64,000 nt of DNA from Candidatus Campbellbacteria bacterium (GCA_002747955.1 PDQZ01000008.1:5983-69982), one strand, 5' to 3'; positions 9,717 to 19,892 are shown, counted from the first letter of the stretch. The notes: generated by a model not told the origin, from the letters alone. A program made the numbers and translations.

Positions 9717-10421
9717 ATGAATAATAATAATTTTTCAATCAAAACACAAGACTTCGAAGGACCTTTCGATATTTTGTTGGACTTGATTTTAAAGAAAAAA
9801 CTTTCTGTAAACGATCTTTCTTTGGCTCAAATTACAGATGAGTATATTTTGTATGTGAAAAACAATGAGTTTGTCCTAAAGGACGCAGCTTCGTTTGTTT
9901 TGGTTGCGTCAACTTTAATGTTTTTAAAGTCAAAATCACTTTTGCCACATTTAGTTTTTGAAAGTGAAGAAAAAGAAAATGTAGATGAGCTTAAAAAAAG
10001 ACTTTTATTTTTATCAGAAATCAAAAAAGTTTCAGAAAAAATCAAAAGTAAATTTCAAAAAAATATTTTGTACAAAAGGAAATTTAAAAGAAAAGTTGAA
10101 ATTTCTTTCAGGCCAGATGACAATATTACTTTAAAAAACATGTTGCTTTCTTTGGATAACTTGGTTGCAAATTCTCCTTTGAAAACAGAAATTCCAAAGG
10201 TGGAAGTTCAAAAAGTAAAGTCCTTAAAAGAAGTAATGAACGAAGTTCAAGAAAGAATCAATAGATTTTTAAAAATCAACTTCAAAGAAATAGTTCAGGG
10301 CGGAAATAAAAAAGAAGTCTCAGTTTCATTTTTAGCAATTTTAGAGCTTTTTAGAAATGGGGAAGTAAATCTTTTTCAGAATGAGGCATTTGGCAACATC
10401 GAGATTGAAAAAACAAAATAA
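9717..10421 (+). CDS. scpA: segregation and condensation protein A
   Basis: N-terminal FEGPFDILLDLILKKKLSVNDLSLAQITDEY typical of ScpA kleisin. Confidence 0.8.
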   Translation: MNNNNFSIKTQDFEGPFDILLDLILKKKLSVNDLSLAQITDEYILYVKNNEFVLKDAASFVLVASTLMFLKSKSLLPHLVFESEEKENVDELKKRLLFLSEIKKVSEKIKSKFQKNILYKRKFKRKVEISFRPDDNITLKNMLLSLDNLVANSPLKTEIPKVEVQKVKSLKEVMNEVQERINRFLKINFKEIVQGGNKKEVSVSFLAILELFRNGEVNLFQNEAFGNIEIEKTK

Positions 10422-10545
10422 AAATTTGAAAAATTGGCGGATTGCTTCGTTGTCTTCATAAAAAAAATTTCTCAACGTAATAAAACATACGTATCCAATT
10501 TTTTTACTCGACGCCTCGCACTCCACTTAATTTATTAAGTTTTTA
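10420..10545 (+). repeat. MITE-like repeat family A, copy A2 (left flank of SPFH cassette)
   Basis: reverse complement recurs at 12336-12452 nearly base for base. Confidence 0.7.
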
Positions 10546-10579
10546 CTACAAAAGTTTTATGAGAAAATAATTTTTAAAA

Positions 10580-10622
10580 ACCCCGATTTTGACAAACACA
10601 ACCACACAATTAAAATCGGGTT
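10580..10622. repeat. hairpin family C copy (stem CCCGATTTT, loop GACAAACACAACCACACAATT)
   Basis: conserved ACAACCAC loop motif. Confidence 0.5.
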
Positions 10623-10775
10623 TTTTAAAAATTTAAGCACTTGACAAATATTACATTTACATTAAAATAGTGAATGGAGAAATTTTTTGTATACAAAAAA
10701 TTGCTGGAAAGCTTCGCTTTCCAGCAAAGTATATTAAAAGATTTCATTTTTTAGTTCTTTATTAGGAGAATTTAA

Positions 10776-11699
10776 ATGAGAAGTTTAAAAAATTTTTTAA
10801 CTTTATCTTTTTTGGCGGTCACCGCTTTTGGTTTAACCGGATGTGGAAAGGTGGTCGAAATACCACCAGCTCATGTTGGTAAATTATCAACACCAAACGG
10901 ATTACAAGAGGGAGTTATTCCTCCTAGTAAAATTAGGTTGAGTAATCTTTGCATAACTTGCGACAGCATTATTTTAGCTGAAGCATCCGACTATCCTATT
11001 TCCGATAGTTTAAAAATATATATGCCAAAAGATGAACTAAACCTAGATGTCGATGTAAGGGGAACCGTTACAATTTCAGCAGAAAAAAGTAACATTGACC
11101 AGGTTTTTGATCGCGTTACAGCTCAGCCAACTCAATCAGAAAGAGTAAATATAATACCGCTTTCTAGTGTGTATAAAATTTACGCAGAGCCTGTAATTAG
11201 AGAAGTTGTTCGCTCTTCTTTGACCAGGTATACAATTTCCCAGGTTATGGGGGATCGTGCTAAGGTTTCTGATGAGTTGATGAAAGAAATCAGAAGAAAA
11301 CTTTCATCAACACCCATAACTGTGAAACAGCTGGGGCTTGCTGATGTGCAACCACCCGAGGTCATTATTAAAGCCCGTGAGGCTGCCAAAGAGCGTGAAA
11401 TTGCAATTCAAAGAGCTGAAGCCGATAAGCAGGTTAAATTGAAGGAAGCTGAAGCTGCACTTGAAGTTGCTAAAAAGCAGCAGCAAGTGGACTTGAAAGA
11501 AGCCGAAACACAAGTTCTTGTCAATAAGAAGTTGGCGGAAGGCGTGAATCAAGCTTTTGTAACTCAGCGCTGGTTAAAAGTAATGGATCAGATGTCTCAA
11601 AATACAGAGGGTAAGGTGATCATTTTACCTTTTGAGGCCATCAAGAATCCAGCAATTTTAACTGGTGTTTCCAACAAGGCTTTGAAGGGGGTAAAATAA
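10776..11699 (+). CDS. SPFH/band-7 (stomatin/HflC-like) lipoprotein
   Basis: lipobox LTGCG after signal peptide; SPFH core and alanine/glutamate-rich coiled-coil AEADKQVKLKEAEAALEVAKKQQQ; AGGAG Shine-Dalgarno 8 nt upstream (rare in this window); GC-richer than surroundings. Confidence 0.7.
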   Translation: MRSLKNFLTLSFLAVTAFGLTGCGKVVEIPPAHVGKLSTPNGLQEGVIPPSKIRLSNLCITCDSIILAEASDYPISDSLKIYMPKDELNLDVDVRGTVTISAEKSNIDQVFDRVTAQPTQSERVNIIPLSSVYKIYAEPVIREVVRSSLTRYTISQVMGDRAKVSDELMKEIRRKLSSTPITVKQLGLADVQPPEVIIKAREAAKEREIAIQRAEADKQVKLKEAEAALEVAKKQQQVDLKEAETQVLVNKKLAEGVNQAFVTQRWLKVMDQMSQNTEGKVIILPFEAIKNPAILTGVSNKALKGVK

Positions 11700-12110
11700 A
11701 TGGATAATGTGTTAGCGCTGGGGGCGTTGTTTAATCTGTTTTTGTTTTTAATTTTTTTGATTATTGTGGCTTACGCAGTTTACATTTTTAAAAAAGTTAA
11801 AATTGCTACAGAAAACAATTATGACTTAGCTTCTGCTTTTTATAAACAAAAAGTACATATTGTAGTTTTTATTATTTTGACAGCAAGCTTTGTGTCTTAC
11901 CTTTCCATTCAAACAGCTTTTCGTCCTAAAAATTCAATTTCTCAAACCAATGCTGTTTTACAGCAGAAGTTGAAGAGAATTGATAATTCTACTGTTGGAG
12001 AATTAAAACCAGCAGAGGGAGACAAGAGGGACAAACAGAATAAAGGGTATTCCCAAAGAAACACTCAAGAAAATAAAGAGGCCATAGAGGCTTTTAAAAA
12101 CCTTGAGTAA
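11700..12110 (+). CDS. small membrane protein co-transcribed with SPFH gene (possible NfeD-like partner)
   Basis: two TM helices; start overlaps SPFH stop; GGGGG 8 nt upstream. Confidence 0.45.
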   Translation: MDNVLALGALFNLFLFLIFLIIVAYAVYIFKKVKIATENNYDLASAFYKQKVHIVVFIILTASFVSYLSIQTAFRPKNSISQTNAVLQQKLKRIDNSTVGELKPAEGDKRDKQNKGYSQRNTQENKEAIEAFKNLE

Positions 12111-12129
12111 ACAACTTTTTCATTTGTCC

Positions 12130-12204
12130 AGCCCTTCTGTCAGGAGGGGCTGTTTTTTAATGTAGAAACAAAACGCAATTTTGACGAAGTCAAAATTGCG
12201 TTTT
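12130..12204 (+). terminator. two stacked terminator hairpins (CAGCCC...GGGCTG+T-run; AAACGCAATTTTGAC-GAAG-GTCAAAATTGCGTTT)
   Basis: seen in sequence. Confidence 0.5.
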
Positions 12205-12226
12205 GCTAAAAATATTTTTCACAAAC

Positions 12227-12452
12227 AAAACTTTAAAAATGAGATACCTAACGCGGAAGCAAGCAAAAAACCCCGAGCCTTATTTGATATAAGATGAGGG
12301 GATTTTGTAACAAACAGGTTTTAATTGTATTTAGTAAAATTTTAAAAATTGGATGAAGCGCGAGGCGTCGAGTAAAAAAATTTGGATACGTATGTTTTAT
12401 TACGTTGAGAAATTTTTTTATGAAGACAACGAAGCGATTCGCCATTTTTAAA
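12227..12452 (-). repeat. MITE-like repeat family A, copies A3a (half) + A3b (inverted partner of A2)
   Basis: 12336-12452 is reverse complement of 10420-10545. Confidence 0.7.
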
Positions 12453-12458
12453 TTTTTA

Positions 12459-13502
12459 CTAGTTGTCAATCCAGTATTGAGGCTTCTCCGGACACCCACT
12501 CTCTCCATCAGACAAATCTTTTTCACACCAATTGTAAATTTTATCATTTAAGTAAACCACAACAGTATCTACTGTTTTGAACTGCAAAGCTGCTTTATCA
12601 ATTTGTGCCCTTATTTCAGGTAAAGCACAGTGGTCTGGTCCATTCATATTTCCTGTTAAATAAACTCTTGCTGTCCTGTCTTTAACCGTTACAGTTTTAT
12701 ATTTTAAATCCTCATATCCTTTTAGTGTATTCCTATGGTCTTTTTCTAAATCAGTTTCAGAAAGTTCAAAAAGTTTTTTATAAGTAGCATCTAAAACACC
12801 TTTAGTTTTTGGAACTTTATAAGGAGCGAATTTTACTCCTACCCCACAACCAATTTTCCCTTTTCCATAAATTAAAGGAACATTGACAGTTGTATGGCTA
12901 AAGTCTTCATCTGTTGTACCATCTAGACATTTTGGTTTAGCGTATTCTTTACAAGCCTTCATGGTACAAGTAACCATTTCATTTTCTTGAACCATACAGC
13001 TGTTGCATCCATCAAAAAATGACTTACATTCTTTCGGAAGCATGTCTTTCCAGCTGTTTTGGTCATAAACTTGCTTTTCTTGTGCATCTTCTTCTTTATT
13101 TTCATTTCCACTTTCTTCATCTCTTTCTCCCTCCGTTACTTCTGTATTTGTTTCATCGTTCTGGCTAACTTCATTTCCACCTTCTTCATTTCCATTTTCT
13201 TTTTTATTTCCGCCTTCATCAGAAACATTTTCTTTTTCAATTTTTAAACACTCTTTTGTCACTTCGTCCCATCTATAATTTTCAAATTCACCACAAGCCC
13301 TTCTGTTTTCCTCCTCAAGCTCTTCTTGGTACTGTGTAACATCCTCTTCTGATATATCCTCTTGGTTTATGTTTTCAATATTTTCTTGTTTGTTTGTATT
13401 TCCAAAATTAAATCCAAAAACATTTGCAATGTCTTTAAAATAAAATCCTAAAACCCCAACAAAAATCAAGAAAAGAACTAAAATTATTATTTTACCTTTC
13501 AT
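12459..13502 (-). CDS. secreted/membrane-anchored protein with acidic low-complexity linker and C-terminal GerMN-like domain
   Basis: N-terminal TM, E/N/G-rich region, C-terminal pattern VYLTGNMNGPDHCALPEIRAQIDKAALQFKTVDTVVVYLND. Confidence 0.4.
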   Translation of the reverse strand: MKGKIIILVLFLIFVGVLGFYFKDIANVFGFNFGNTNKQENIENINQEDISEEDVTQYQEELEEENRRACGEFENYRWDEVTKECLKIEKENVSDEGGNKKENGNEEGGNEVSQNDETNTEVTEGERDEESGNENKEEDAQEKQVYDQNSWKDMLPKECKSFFDGCNSCMVQENEMVTCTMKACKEYAKPKCLDGTTDEDFSHTTVNVPLIYGKGKIGCGVGVKFAPYKVPKTKGVLDATYKKLFELSETDLEKDHRNTLKGYEDLKYKTVTVKDRTARVYLTGNMNGPDHCALPEIRAQIDKAALQFKTVDTVVVYLNDKIYNWCEKDLSDGESGCPEKPQYWIDN

Positions 13503-13596
13503 ATTTTTATTTTATATTGTTAATATATTTATTATACATAAAATAAAAAAATTTAAAAGCCTTAAATTTACTAATAGTTTATTTTTGAAAAAAGCC

Positions 13597-13651
13597 CATT
13601 TTCGCTCTTTTAAAATTAAAGTTGAGCGAAAATGGGCTTTTTTCAAAAATT
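13597..13651. repeat. long hairpin AAAAAAGCCCATTTTCGCTC...GAGCGAAAATGGGCTTTTTT (partner of 16805-16862)
   Basis: 20-bp stem; same stem with flipped loop at 16805-16862. Confidence 0.6.
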
Positions 13652-13654
13652 TGC

Positions 13655-13660
13655 TATAAT
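13655..13660 (+). promoter_or_regulatory. TATAAT -10 box 6 nt upstream of eno ATG
   Basis: ttgctataattattacATG. Confidence 0.4.
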
Positions 13661-13666
13661 TATTAC

Positions 13667-14959
13667 ATGTTTAAATTATTCAAAAAAAATACAAATAAAA
13701 TTAAAACTTTAAAAGGTTATCAAATCTTAGACTCTCGTGGAAATCCCACAATCGAAGTCGAACTTGTTTTAGAAAACAGAATTAAAGTTTGGTCCTCTGT
13801 TCCGTCAGGAGCTTCAACTGGAAAATATGAAGCAGTGGAGCTAAGAGATCAAGACTCAAAAGACTTTGGAGGTAAAGGTGTTACTCAAGCTATCAAAAAT
13901 ATTGAACAAAAAATTTTCCCAGCCATCAAAGATATAAACATCACAAACCAAAAACAAATCGACATTGCAATGCTAAAACTTGATGGCACAAAAAACAAAT
14001 CAAGCCTAGGAGCAAATGCAATTTTAGCTGTTTCAGAAGCCGTGTGTAGAGCAGGAGCTATTGTTTCAAAAAAGCCACTTTACAAATACATCGCTGAAAT
14101 TTCAGAAAACAAAAATTCTTTATTTTGCCCAAGACCATTTTTCAATATTGTAAACGGGGGAGTGCATGCAGGTTCACAAATCGCTACACAAGAGTTTATG
14201 GTTTCTCCAGCTTTTGAAACTTTTGAAGAAAACTACAAAGCAGCAGCTGAAATCTACCAAGTTTTAAAAAAGATTTTAAAAGAAAAGTTTGGACAAAACT
14301 CAGAACTTTTGGGAGATGAAGGAGGTTTTGCTCCGGTTGATTTTAAAAACGAAAAAGAAGTTTTAGAAACCATAAAAGAGGCTGTAAAAAAAGCAGGTTA
14401 CGAAGGAAAAACAGACTTTGCTTTAGACGTGGCTGCATCTGAATTTTACCAAAACTTAAAATACAATTTAGGTTTTAAAAAACCAAAAGATGAAATCAAA
14501 ACTTCAGAAGAAATGATAACTTTTTATAAAAAACTCAAACAAGATTTTCCAAACTTAATTTCAATCGAAGACCCGTTTGATCAAACTGATTTTTTAGCTT
14601 TTGCAAAACTTAAAAGAGAGTTTCAAAATCAAGTTCAAATCGTTGCAGACGATTTAACAGTTACAAACACAACTCGGATTCAAAAAGCCATTGACCACAA
14701 ATCAGCAAATGCACTGCTTTTGAAAGTAAATCAAATCGGAACAATCACAGAATCAATTGAAGCTTTCAAACTTGCAAAACAGAACGAGTGGAAGGTGATG
14801 GTTTCTCACAGATCTGGTGAAACAACAGACGACTTTATCGCAGATTTTGCAGTGGGAGTGGGGGCAGACCAGATTAAATCAGGTGCAACAGCAAGAGGAG
14901 AAAGGGTTGTAAAATACAACCGACTTTTATATATAGAAAAAGCCATAAAAATATCATAA
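13667..14959 (+). CDS. eno: enolase (phosphopyruvate hydratase)
   Basis: GYQILDSRGNPTIEVEL, SHRSGETTDDFIADFAVG; listed TTG start at 13622 lies inside hairpin, ATG at 13667 preferred. Confidence 0.95.
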   Translation: MFKLFKKNTNKIKTLKGYQILDSRGNPTIEVELVLENRIKVWSSVPSGASTGKYEAVELRDQDSKDFGGKGVTQAIKNIEQKIFPAIKDINITNQKQIDIAMLKLDGTKNKSSLGANAILAVSEAVCRAGAIVSKKPLYKYIAEISENKNSLFCPRPFFNIVNGGVHAGSQIATQEFMVSPAFETFEENYKAAAEIYQVLKKILKEKFGQNSELLGDEGGFAPVDFKNEKEVLETIKEAVKKAGYEGKTDFALDVAASEFYQNLKYNLGFKKPKDEIKTSEEMITFYKKLKQDFPNLISIEDPFDQTDFLAFAKLKREFQNQVQIVADDLTVTNTTRIQKAIDHKSANALLLKVNQIGTITESIEAFKLAKQNEWKVMVSHRSGETTDDFIADFAVGVGADQIKSGATARGERVVKYNRLLYIEKAIKIS

Positions 14960-15041
14960 ACTTTGTTTACCAACCTAAACAATATTTATTTTTGTTTTCA
15001 AAGCTAAATTATGATATTATTATACTAATATTATAATAATT

Positions 15042-16781
15042 ATGGATACACAAAATATTCGAGATTACATTTTAGAAATGGATCTTTTAACAAAAGAAGA
15101 AGAAGAGAAAATAGAAGAGTTTATGTTTCAAAATGACAAAAACTTTTTAGATTCAATGTTCGAGCTTGATATTTTAGACAATCAAACTTTAAACAAAATC
15201 ACCGCTTCAATTTTAGGTACAAAATTTGTAAACCTAAAAGAAAAAATAATCGACTTTGAAACTTATTCGAAAATACCATTGCCAATTTCAGAAGAACACA
15301 ATTTAATTTGTTTTGAACAGAACGACAATTTTTTAAAAGTGGCTTTCAGTGATATTCTAAACATTCAAGTTTTAGAAGAAGTTTTTGCTCAAAATCAAAA
15401 AGTGGAGTTTTTCTATGCAGACAAAAATGAAATTTTAGAAAAAATCGCTCAATACAAAAAACTAATTGAGGAAAATGTTATTTTAAAAAATCAAAAATCT
15501 GTTTCTAAAATTTTAAAACTTGACGAGTTTGGTTTTAAAAATCAAAAAGATGTTCCACAAGAATACATCAACGACATTGTTTCAGACTTGAACACAGAAA
15601 AATTTGTCCAAGGACTTTTAGAACACGCCGTTTCTCAAAAAGCTGACTTTGTTTTCTTAACTCCATCTGACCAAGATATTTTAGTTTCTTTCAGAATTTT
15701 TGACCGATCTTATCAGATTATGCAAATTGATTTAAAAACTCTGTTTTCAATCGTTTCAAAACTTAAAGTTTTCTGTGATATAAATATTTTTGAAAAATCA
15801 CTCATTAAAGAGGGAAGCTTCAAAGCTGAAATTTTAGGCAAAGTTTACACGGTTTTTTTAACAATCGTTCATACAGATTTTGGAGAAGCAGTTACTTTAG
15901 AAATCACTCAAGACAAAAACTTTAAAGCAAATATTTTTGACTTAAGTTTAAAACAAAGACATTTGTTCTTATCTGCTTTGAAAAAAGATGCTGGTTTTTT
16001 CACTATTTTTGGAGAAGATGAATTTGCTAAAAAAGAAACTCTGTATTCATTTTTAGAAACCGATATTAAAAAAAACAAAGAAGTTTATTCTTTTGAAGTT
16101 AACCCGTCTTTAAATCTTTCTTATGTCAAACAAATTTCAGTGAACGAAAATGAAAATCTACTTCCTGTTTTTGAAAGCATTTTAAAAACAGAACCTGAAA
16201 CACTGGCTGTTGAAGATGTTAGAAAAACTTCTTTCCCAGCTTTGTTTAACTATACAAACTTTTCAAAAAAAGTTATTTTATCTTCAAATAAAAAAATCGA
16301 AAATTTTGTTCAAAACTTTCTAGATTTTGACTTTAACAAAGGGCAAGTGGTTAAAAACTTATCTATTTGTTTAAATCACACTGAATTTGGTTTGCTTCAA
16401 GATCAAAATACTAAAAAATATGTTTTGAAAAAAGATGATATTAAACTTATAAAATCATTTTTTACAAACGATCAATTGCAAGAACTTTTTGTTCAAAACG
16501 GTTTTTACAAAAAAAGAGTCTTTAGTTTAGAAAAAATTGACTTTTATACTAAAAAAACAAACAAAAAAGAAAAAAGTGTTTACAAAAAAGTTCAAGTTAC
16601 TAAAGGAATTTTTAATTTAGGTTTATTTTTAGAAAAATGTTTTTTGAACAAATATGATAAACTAAAAATTAAAAATGAAATCAAAAAGGAGGTTAAAAAA
16701 TCTGTTTTAGAAAACGCTTTGATTTTATCTGCTAAAAAAGTTGTCGATATAAAAGATGTTTTAAAATATTTGAAAAAGTAG
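15042..16781 (+). CDS. protein with GspE/PilB N-terminal (MshEN-like) domain, no ATPase domain
   Basis: N-terminal 140 aa resemble T2SS-E N-domain; no Walker motifs in remaining 440 aa. Confidence 0.3.
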   Translation: MDTQNIRDYILEMDLLTKEEEEKIEEFMFQNDKNFLDSMFELDILDNQTLNKITASILGTKFVNLKEKIIDFETYSKIPLPISEEHNLICFEQNDNFLKVAFSDILNIQVLEEVFAQNQKVEFFYADKNEILEKIAQYKKLIEENVILKNQKSVSKILKLDEFGFKNQKDVPQEYINDIVSDLNTEKFVQGLLEHAVSQKADFVFLTPSDQDILVSFRIFDRSYQIMQIDLKTLFSIVSKLKVFCDINIFEKSLIKEGSFKAEILGKVYTVFLTIVHTDFGEAVTLEITQDKNFKANIFDLSLKQRHLFLSALKKDAGFFTIFGEDEFAKKETLYSFLETDIKKNKEVYSFEVNPSLNLSYVKQISVNENENLLPVFESILKTEPETLAVEDVRKTSFPALFNYTNFSKKVILSSNKKIENFVQNFLDFDFNKGQVVKNLSICLNHTEFGLLQDQNTKKYVLKKDDIKLIKSFFTNDQLQELFVQNGFYKKRVFSLEKIDFYTKKTNKKEKSVYKKVQVTKGIFNLGLFLEKCFLNKYDKLKIKNEIKKEVKKSVLENALILSAKKVVDIKDVLKYLKK

Positions 16782-16804
16782 TTTAAAATTTTATAAAACT
16801 TAAA

Positions 16805-16862
16805 TAAAAAAGCCCATTTTCGCTCAACTTTAATTTAAAAAAGTGCGAAAATGGGCTTTTTT
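16805..16862. repeat. long hairpin, flipped-loop partner of 13597-13651
   Basis: AAAAAAGCCCATTTTCGC...GCGAAAATGGGCTTTTTT. Confidence 0.6.
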
Positions 16863-16941
16863 ATTTCCCACACTGTGATAAAATTAAAACAATAAAATGT
16901 CAAATATTGACAGAAATAATAATTAAATATATAATAATTTT

Positions 16942-18444
16942 ATGAATGAAGGATTTAAAAAATATGTTCAAAAAGAAAAAGAGGTTTTAAAGGAGGTTCA
17001 AAGCAAACAAGAAAATGCAACTTCTGATGAAACATCAAAAGAGACACAAAAACAAATTTCTGAAGATTTATCTCAACAAGAAAAAGATACTCAAAGCCTT
17101 GAAGAATTTTTAGAAAAAGATTTAGAAGAAAATGACAACAGAGTTACTCCTGAAAGATTTGCTGAAATAAGTTTTGAAGAACAAACAAAAAAAAGTTTAG
17201 ATATATTTGAAAATCAAATTGAAGAAAATGATAATTTGATAAATTCCGAAATAAACTTGAAAATTCAAGACCTAGAAAACGAACTTCAAAGTTTACCAGA
17301 TGACCAAAAACAGGAACACATTGAAAGTTTAAAGCAAGAAATTTCAGAAATGTTTGATCAAAAAATTAATCTGTACAGTCGAAAATCAAACGAAGCTTTA
17401 GACTTGATTGCTCAAAACTACGAACCAACAAATGAAGACGCTTTAGAAGATCAAAATTTTTACCAAAACTCTTTTGAAGCAAAAAAACAAGCATATATTG
17501 AATCCCAAACAAAACAACAAGAAACAATTATTCAAAATCTTGATAGTTTACTTATTCCAGACAAAAAAGATCAAGCAGACTCACTTGGTGAAGGAGTTTT
17601 AGACGCAAAAGATTTTCCGCCCACTCCAAAACCAATTGACCTAAATTATGTTTCACAGAAAGCTTTAGAAAAATTTCAAAACGAAATGGATGTTTATTTA
17701 AAAGCTGATATTTCAAAAATAGGAGAAGACGGAAAAAAAGAAATTTCAAAGATTTATCAAAAACTTAAAAATGGAACTTTTGAAGACAAAAAGCAAGAAC
17801 AAGACGCGCAAAATCTTATTCAAGAAATAGAAAAAAATTTTGATTTTGCTAAAAAAAGTCAAGATATTCCAGAAAATTGTAAATCTTTAAATTTAAAAAA
17901 CAACATAGAAAATCAAGAAGATAACACAGACAGCACAAACAACCAAAATCAACCTTTTCCAGAAGAAGGTTTTAAAAAATCTTTCAAAAACACTTTTTCA
18001 GGAATGGCTAAAAGTGCAGAAAAAGATCTAGAAGTTTTCAAGGAGGTTTTTGATACCCATGACAAAATTTTGCAAGAAACTGTTCAAAAAATTGAAGGTT
18101 TTGTAAACGATGAAAACGGTACAATTTTAGATAAAATGAAAAGAATGCCACAAAAGAGCCTTTATCTTGCAGGGGCAGCGTCTGGGGGTATGGCAGGTTT
18201 TGGTTTAAAAAGTTTAACTACTTTAGGAAAAACAGTAACATTGCCTTTAAAACACCCATTGAAAACAGCGGGTATTGGTGCAGCGGGGTATTTTGGTTTT
18301 AAAGCTTTAAAATTCATCTTTATAAAATCAATGCCTTATTATCTATTCTGGAAATTTGTTGTAAAACCAGAATTGAAAGAAAATGGAGCTTGGGAAACAT
18401 TTAAAAAATTCGGTAGAGTTAAAAAAGAACATTGGTGGTTATAG
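16942..18444 (+). CDS. acidic coiled-coil protein with Gly-rich hydrophobic C-terminus (hypothetical)
   Basis: E/Q/K-rich, C-terminal GAASGGMAGFGLK... Confidence 0.4.
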   Translation: MNEGFKKYVQKEKEVLKEVQSKQENATSDETSKETQKQISEDLSQQEKDTQSLEEFLEKDLEENDNRVTPERFAEISFEEQTKKSLDIFENQIEENDNLINSEINLKIQDLENELQSLPDDQKQEHIESLKQEISEMFDQKINLYSRKSNEALDLIAQNYEPTNEDALEDQNFYQNSFEAKKQAYIESQTKQQETIIQNLDSLLIPDKKDQADSLGEGVLDAKDFPPTPKPIDLNYVSQKALEKFQNEMDVYLKADISKIGEDGKKEISKIYQKLKNGTFEDKKQEQDAQNLIQEIEKNFDFAKKSQDIPENCKSLNLKNNIENQEDNTDSTNNQNQPFPEEGFKKSFKNTFSGMAKSAEKDLEVFKEVFDTHDKILQETVQKIEGFVNDENGTILDKMKRMPQKSLYLAGAASGGMAGFGLKSLTTLGKTVTLPLKHPLKTAGIGAAGYFGFKALKFIFIKSMPYYLFWKFVVKPELKENGAWETFKKFGRVKKEHWWL

Positions 18445-18516
18445 AAAAAATGAAATTTTATAATAAAAAACAGAAACTGTGTTTCTGTTTTTTATTATAA
18501 AATTTCATTTTTATCT

Positions 18517-19428
18517 TTACCATTTACTCCACTTTGAAATTAAAAGCATTAAAATAACCATTATTAAGGAAATAACAATAATCATTGTAAAATCATGTGG
18601 ATGACCTAAAAACAAATGTTTTTGCTTTGTTGGAATTGTAATGATTGTAATAAACAAAGTTGCTGGTAAAATTGAAAAAGTTGTGATTGTGAAAATCCTT
18701 GAAAGTCTGTGCATTTTAACGTTTAACAACGAATTGTTTGTGTCTCGGAGTTCGCGAAGTTGATCTTTGATATTTTCAAGCTGATCGATTGTTTTTTGAT
18801 ATGAAAGGTTTATGATTTCAATCCTTTTAATTTCTTTTTGGTCAAAGAAATCCTCAGCTGTTGAAAAGAAGCTTTCCCAAAAATCGTCGTGACTTCTGAT
18901 ATGTTTTTTAAAATCAATTAATTTTCTGTTTATGTGAGAAATTTCATAAACCATTTTTCTTTCATTTCCGTCAAAAACTTTTTTTTCAATTTCTTCAATT
19001 TTAACTTCGATTTTTTTCAATTCAGCAATTAAGTTTTCATATATTTTTTCAAAAAAGTAAATGAAGGTATTTGAAATTTTACTATTTTGAGTTTGCCCTC
19101 TATAAAAGTCAGAACCGTTGTCAAAATTTGCTTTGAATTTTTCAAGTCCCTTGTCTTTTTTGCAAACAAGCGAAATTAAATAATCTTTCCCTAAAATCAA
19201 TTTAATTTTATTTTTAATAAATTCATCTTTTTCCAAAAAAGGAACATCAACTGAAACAAAAAGATTACTGTAAGATGAAATAACTTTGTTTCGGTTACTG
19301 TCTTCTATAAACTTATTGGCAACATAAGGACTAATTTGGTATTTGTCGACCACCTCTTCTAGTTTATCTTTATCCAAAGTTGAAAATTCATACCAAGCTA
19401 TATTTCTATGAAAGTGTATTTTTAACAT
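18517..19428 (-). CDS. CorA-like fold protein (cytoplasmic coiled-coil domain plus two C-terminal TM helices; no GMN motif)
   Basis: architecture only; 303 aa. Confidence 0.3.
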   Translation of the reverse strand: MLKIHFHRNIAWYEFSTLDKDKLEEVVDKYQISPYVANKFIEDSNRNKVISSYSNLFVSVDVPFLEKDEFIKNKIKLILGKDYLISLVCKKDKGLEKFKANFDNGSDFYRGQTQNSKISNTFIYFFEKIYENLIAELKKIEVKIEEIEKKVFDGNERKMVYEISHINRKLIDFKKHIRSHDDFWESFFSTAEDFFDQKEIKRIEIINLSYQKTIDQLENIKDQLRELRDTNNSLLNVKMHRLSRIFTITTFSILPATLFITIITIPTKQKHLFLGHPHDFTMIIVISLIMVILMLLISKWSKW

Positions 19429-19604
19429 ATTATATTATTATGTATATAATTATATATTTAAAATTTAAAAAACACAAATTTTGATTTATCCTTTTTAGCT
19501 ATTGCATTATTCAATTTATTTATATATAATAAATACATCAAGCCTTAATAGAACTTGATTTTATTGAGTATTGATAATTTTTTAAAAATTTAAAAATAAA
19601 AATT

Positions 19605-19877
19605 ATGAATAAAGGACAATTAGTAGAATTTATCGCTGATAAAGTTGGATCAACAAAAGCAGATGCAGAAAGAATGCTTGAAGCATTCATGGAAGCAGTT
19701 ACAGAAACACTTAAAAAAGAAGATTCGGTAGCATTAACAGGTTTTGGAGCATTCTCTATTTCACATAGAAAAGCAAGAACTGCAAGAAACCCAAAAACAG
19801 GAGCAGAAGTAAAAGTTCCAGCAACAAAAGCACCTAAATTCAAAGCAGGTAAAAAACTAAAAGAGGCTGTTAAATAA
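19605..19877 (+). CDS. hup: DNA-binding protein HU
   Basis: MNKGQLVEFIADK...GFGAFSISHRKARTARNPKTGAEVKVPA. Confidence 0.9.
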   Translation: MNKGQLVEFIADKVGSTKADAERMLEAFMEAVTETLKKEDSVALTGFGAFSISHRKARTARNPKTGAEVKVPATKAPKFKAGKKLKEAVK

Positions 19878-19892
19878 TTAGTTTTAACTTAA

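Noticed and set aside
13622-13666. TTG start for eno given by the ORF track
   Set aside because: That start lies inside the 20-bp-stem hairpin repeat; ATG at 13667 with TATAAT 6 nt upstream matches the enolase N-terminus.
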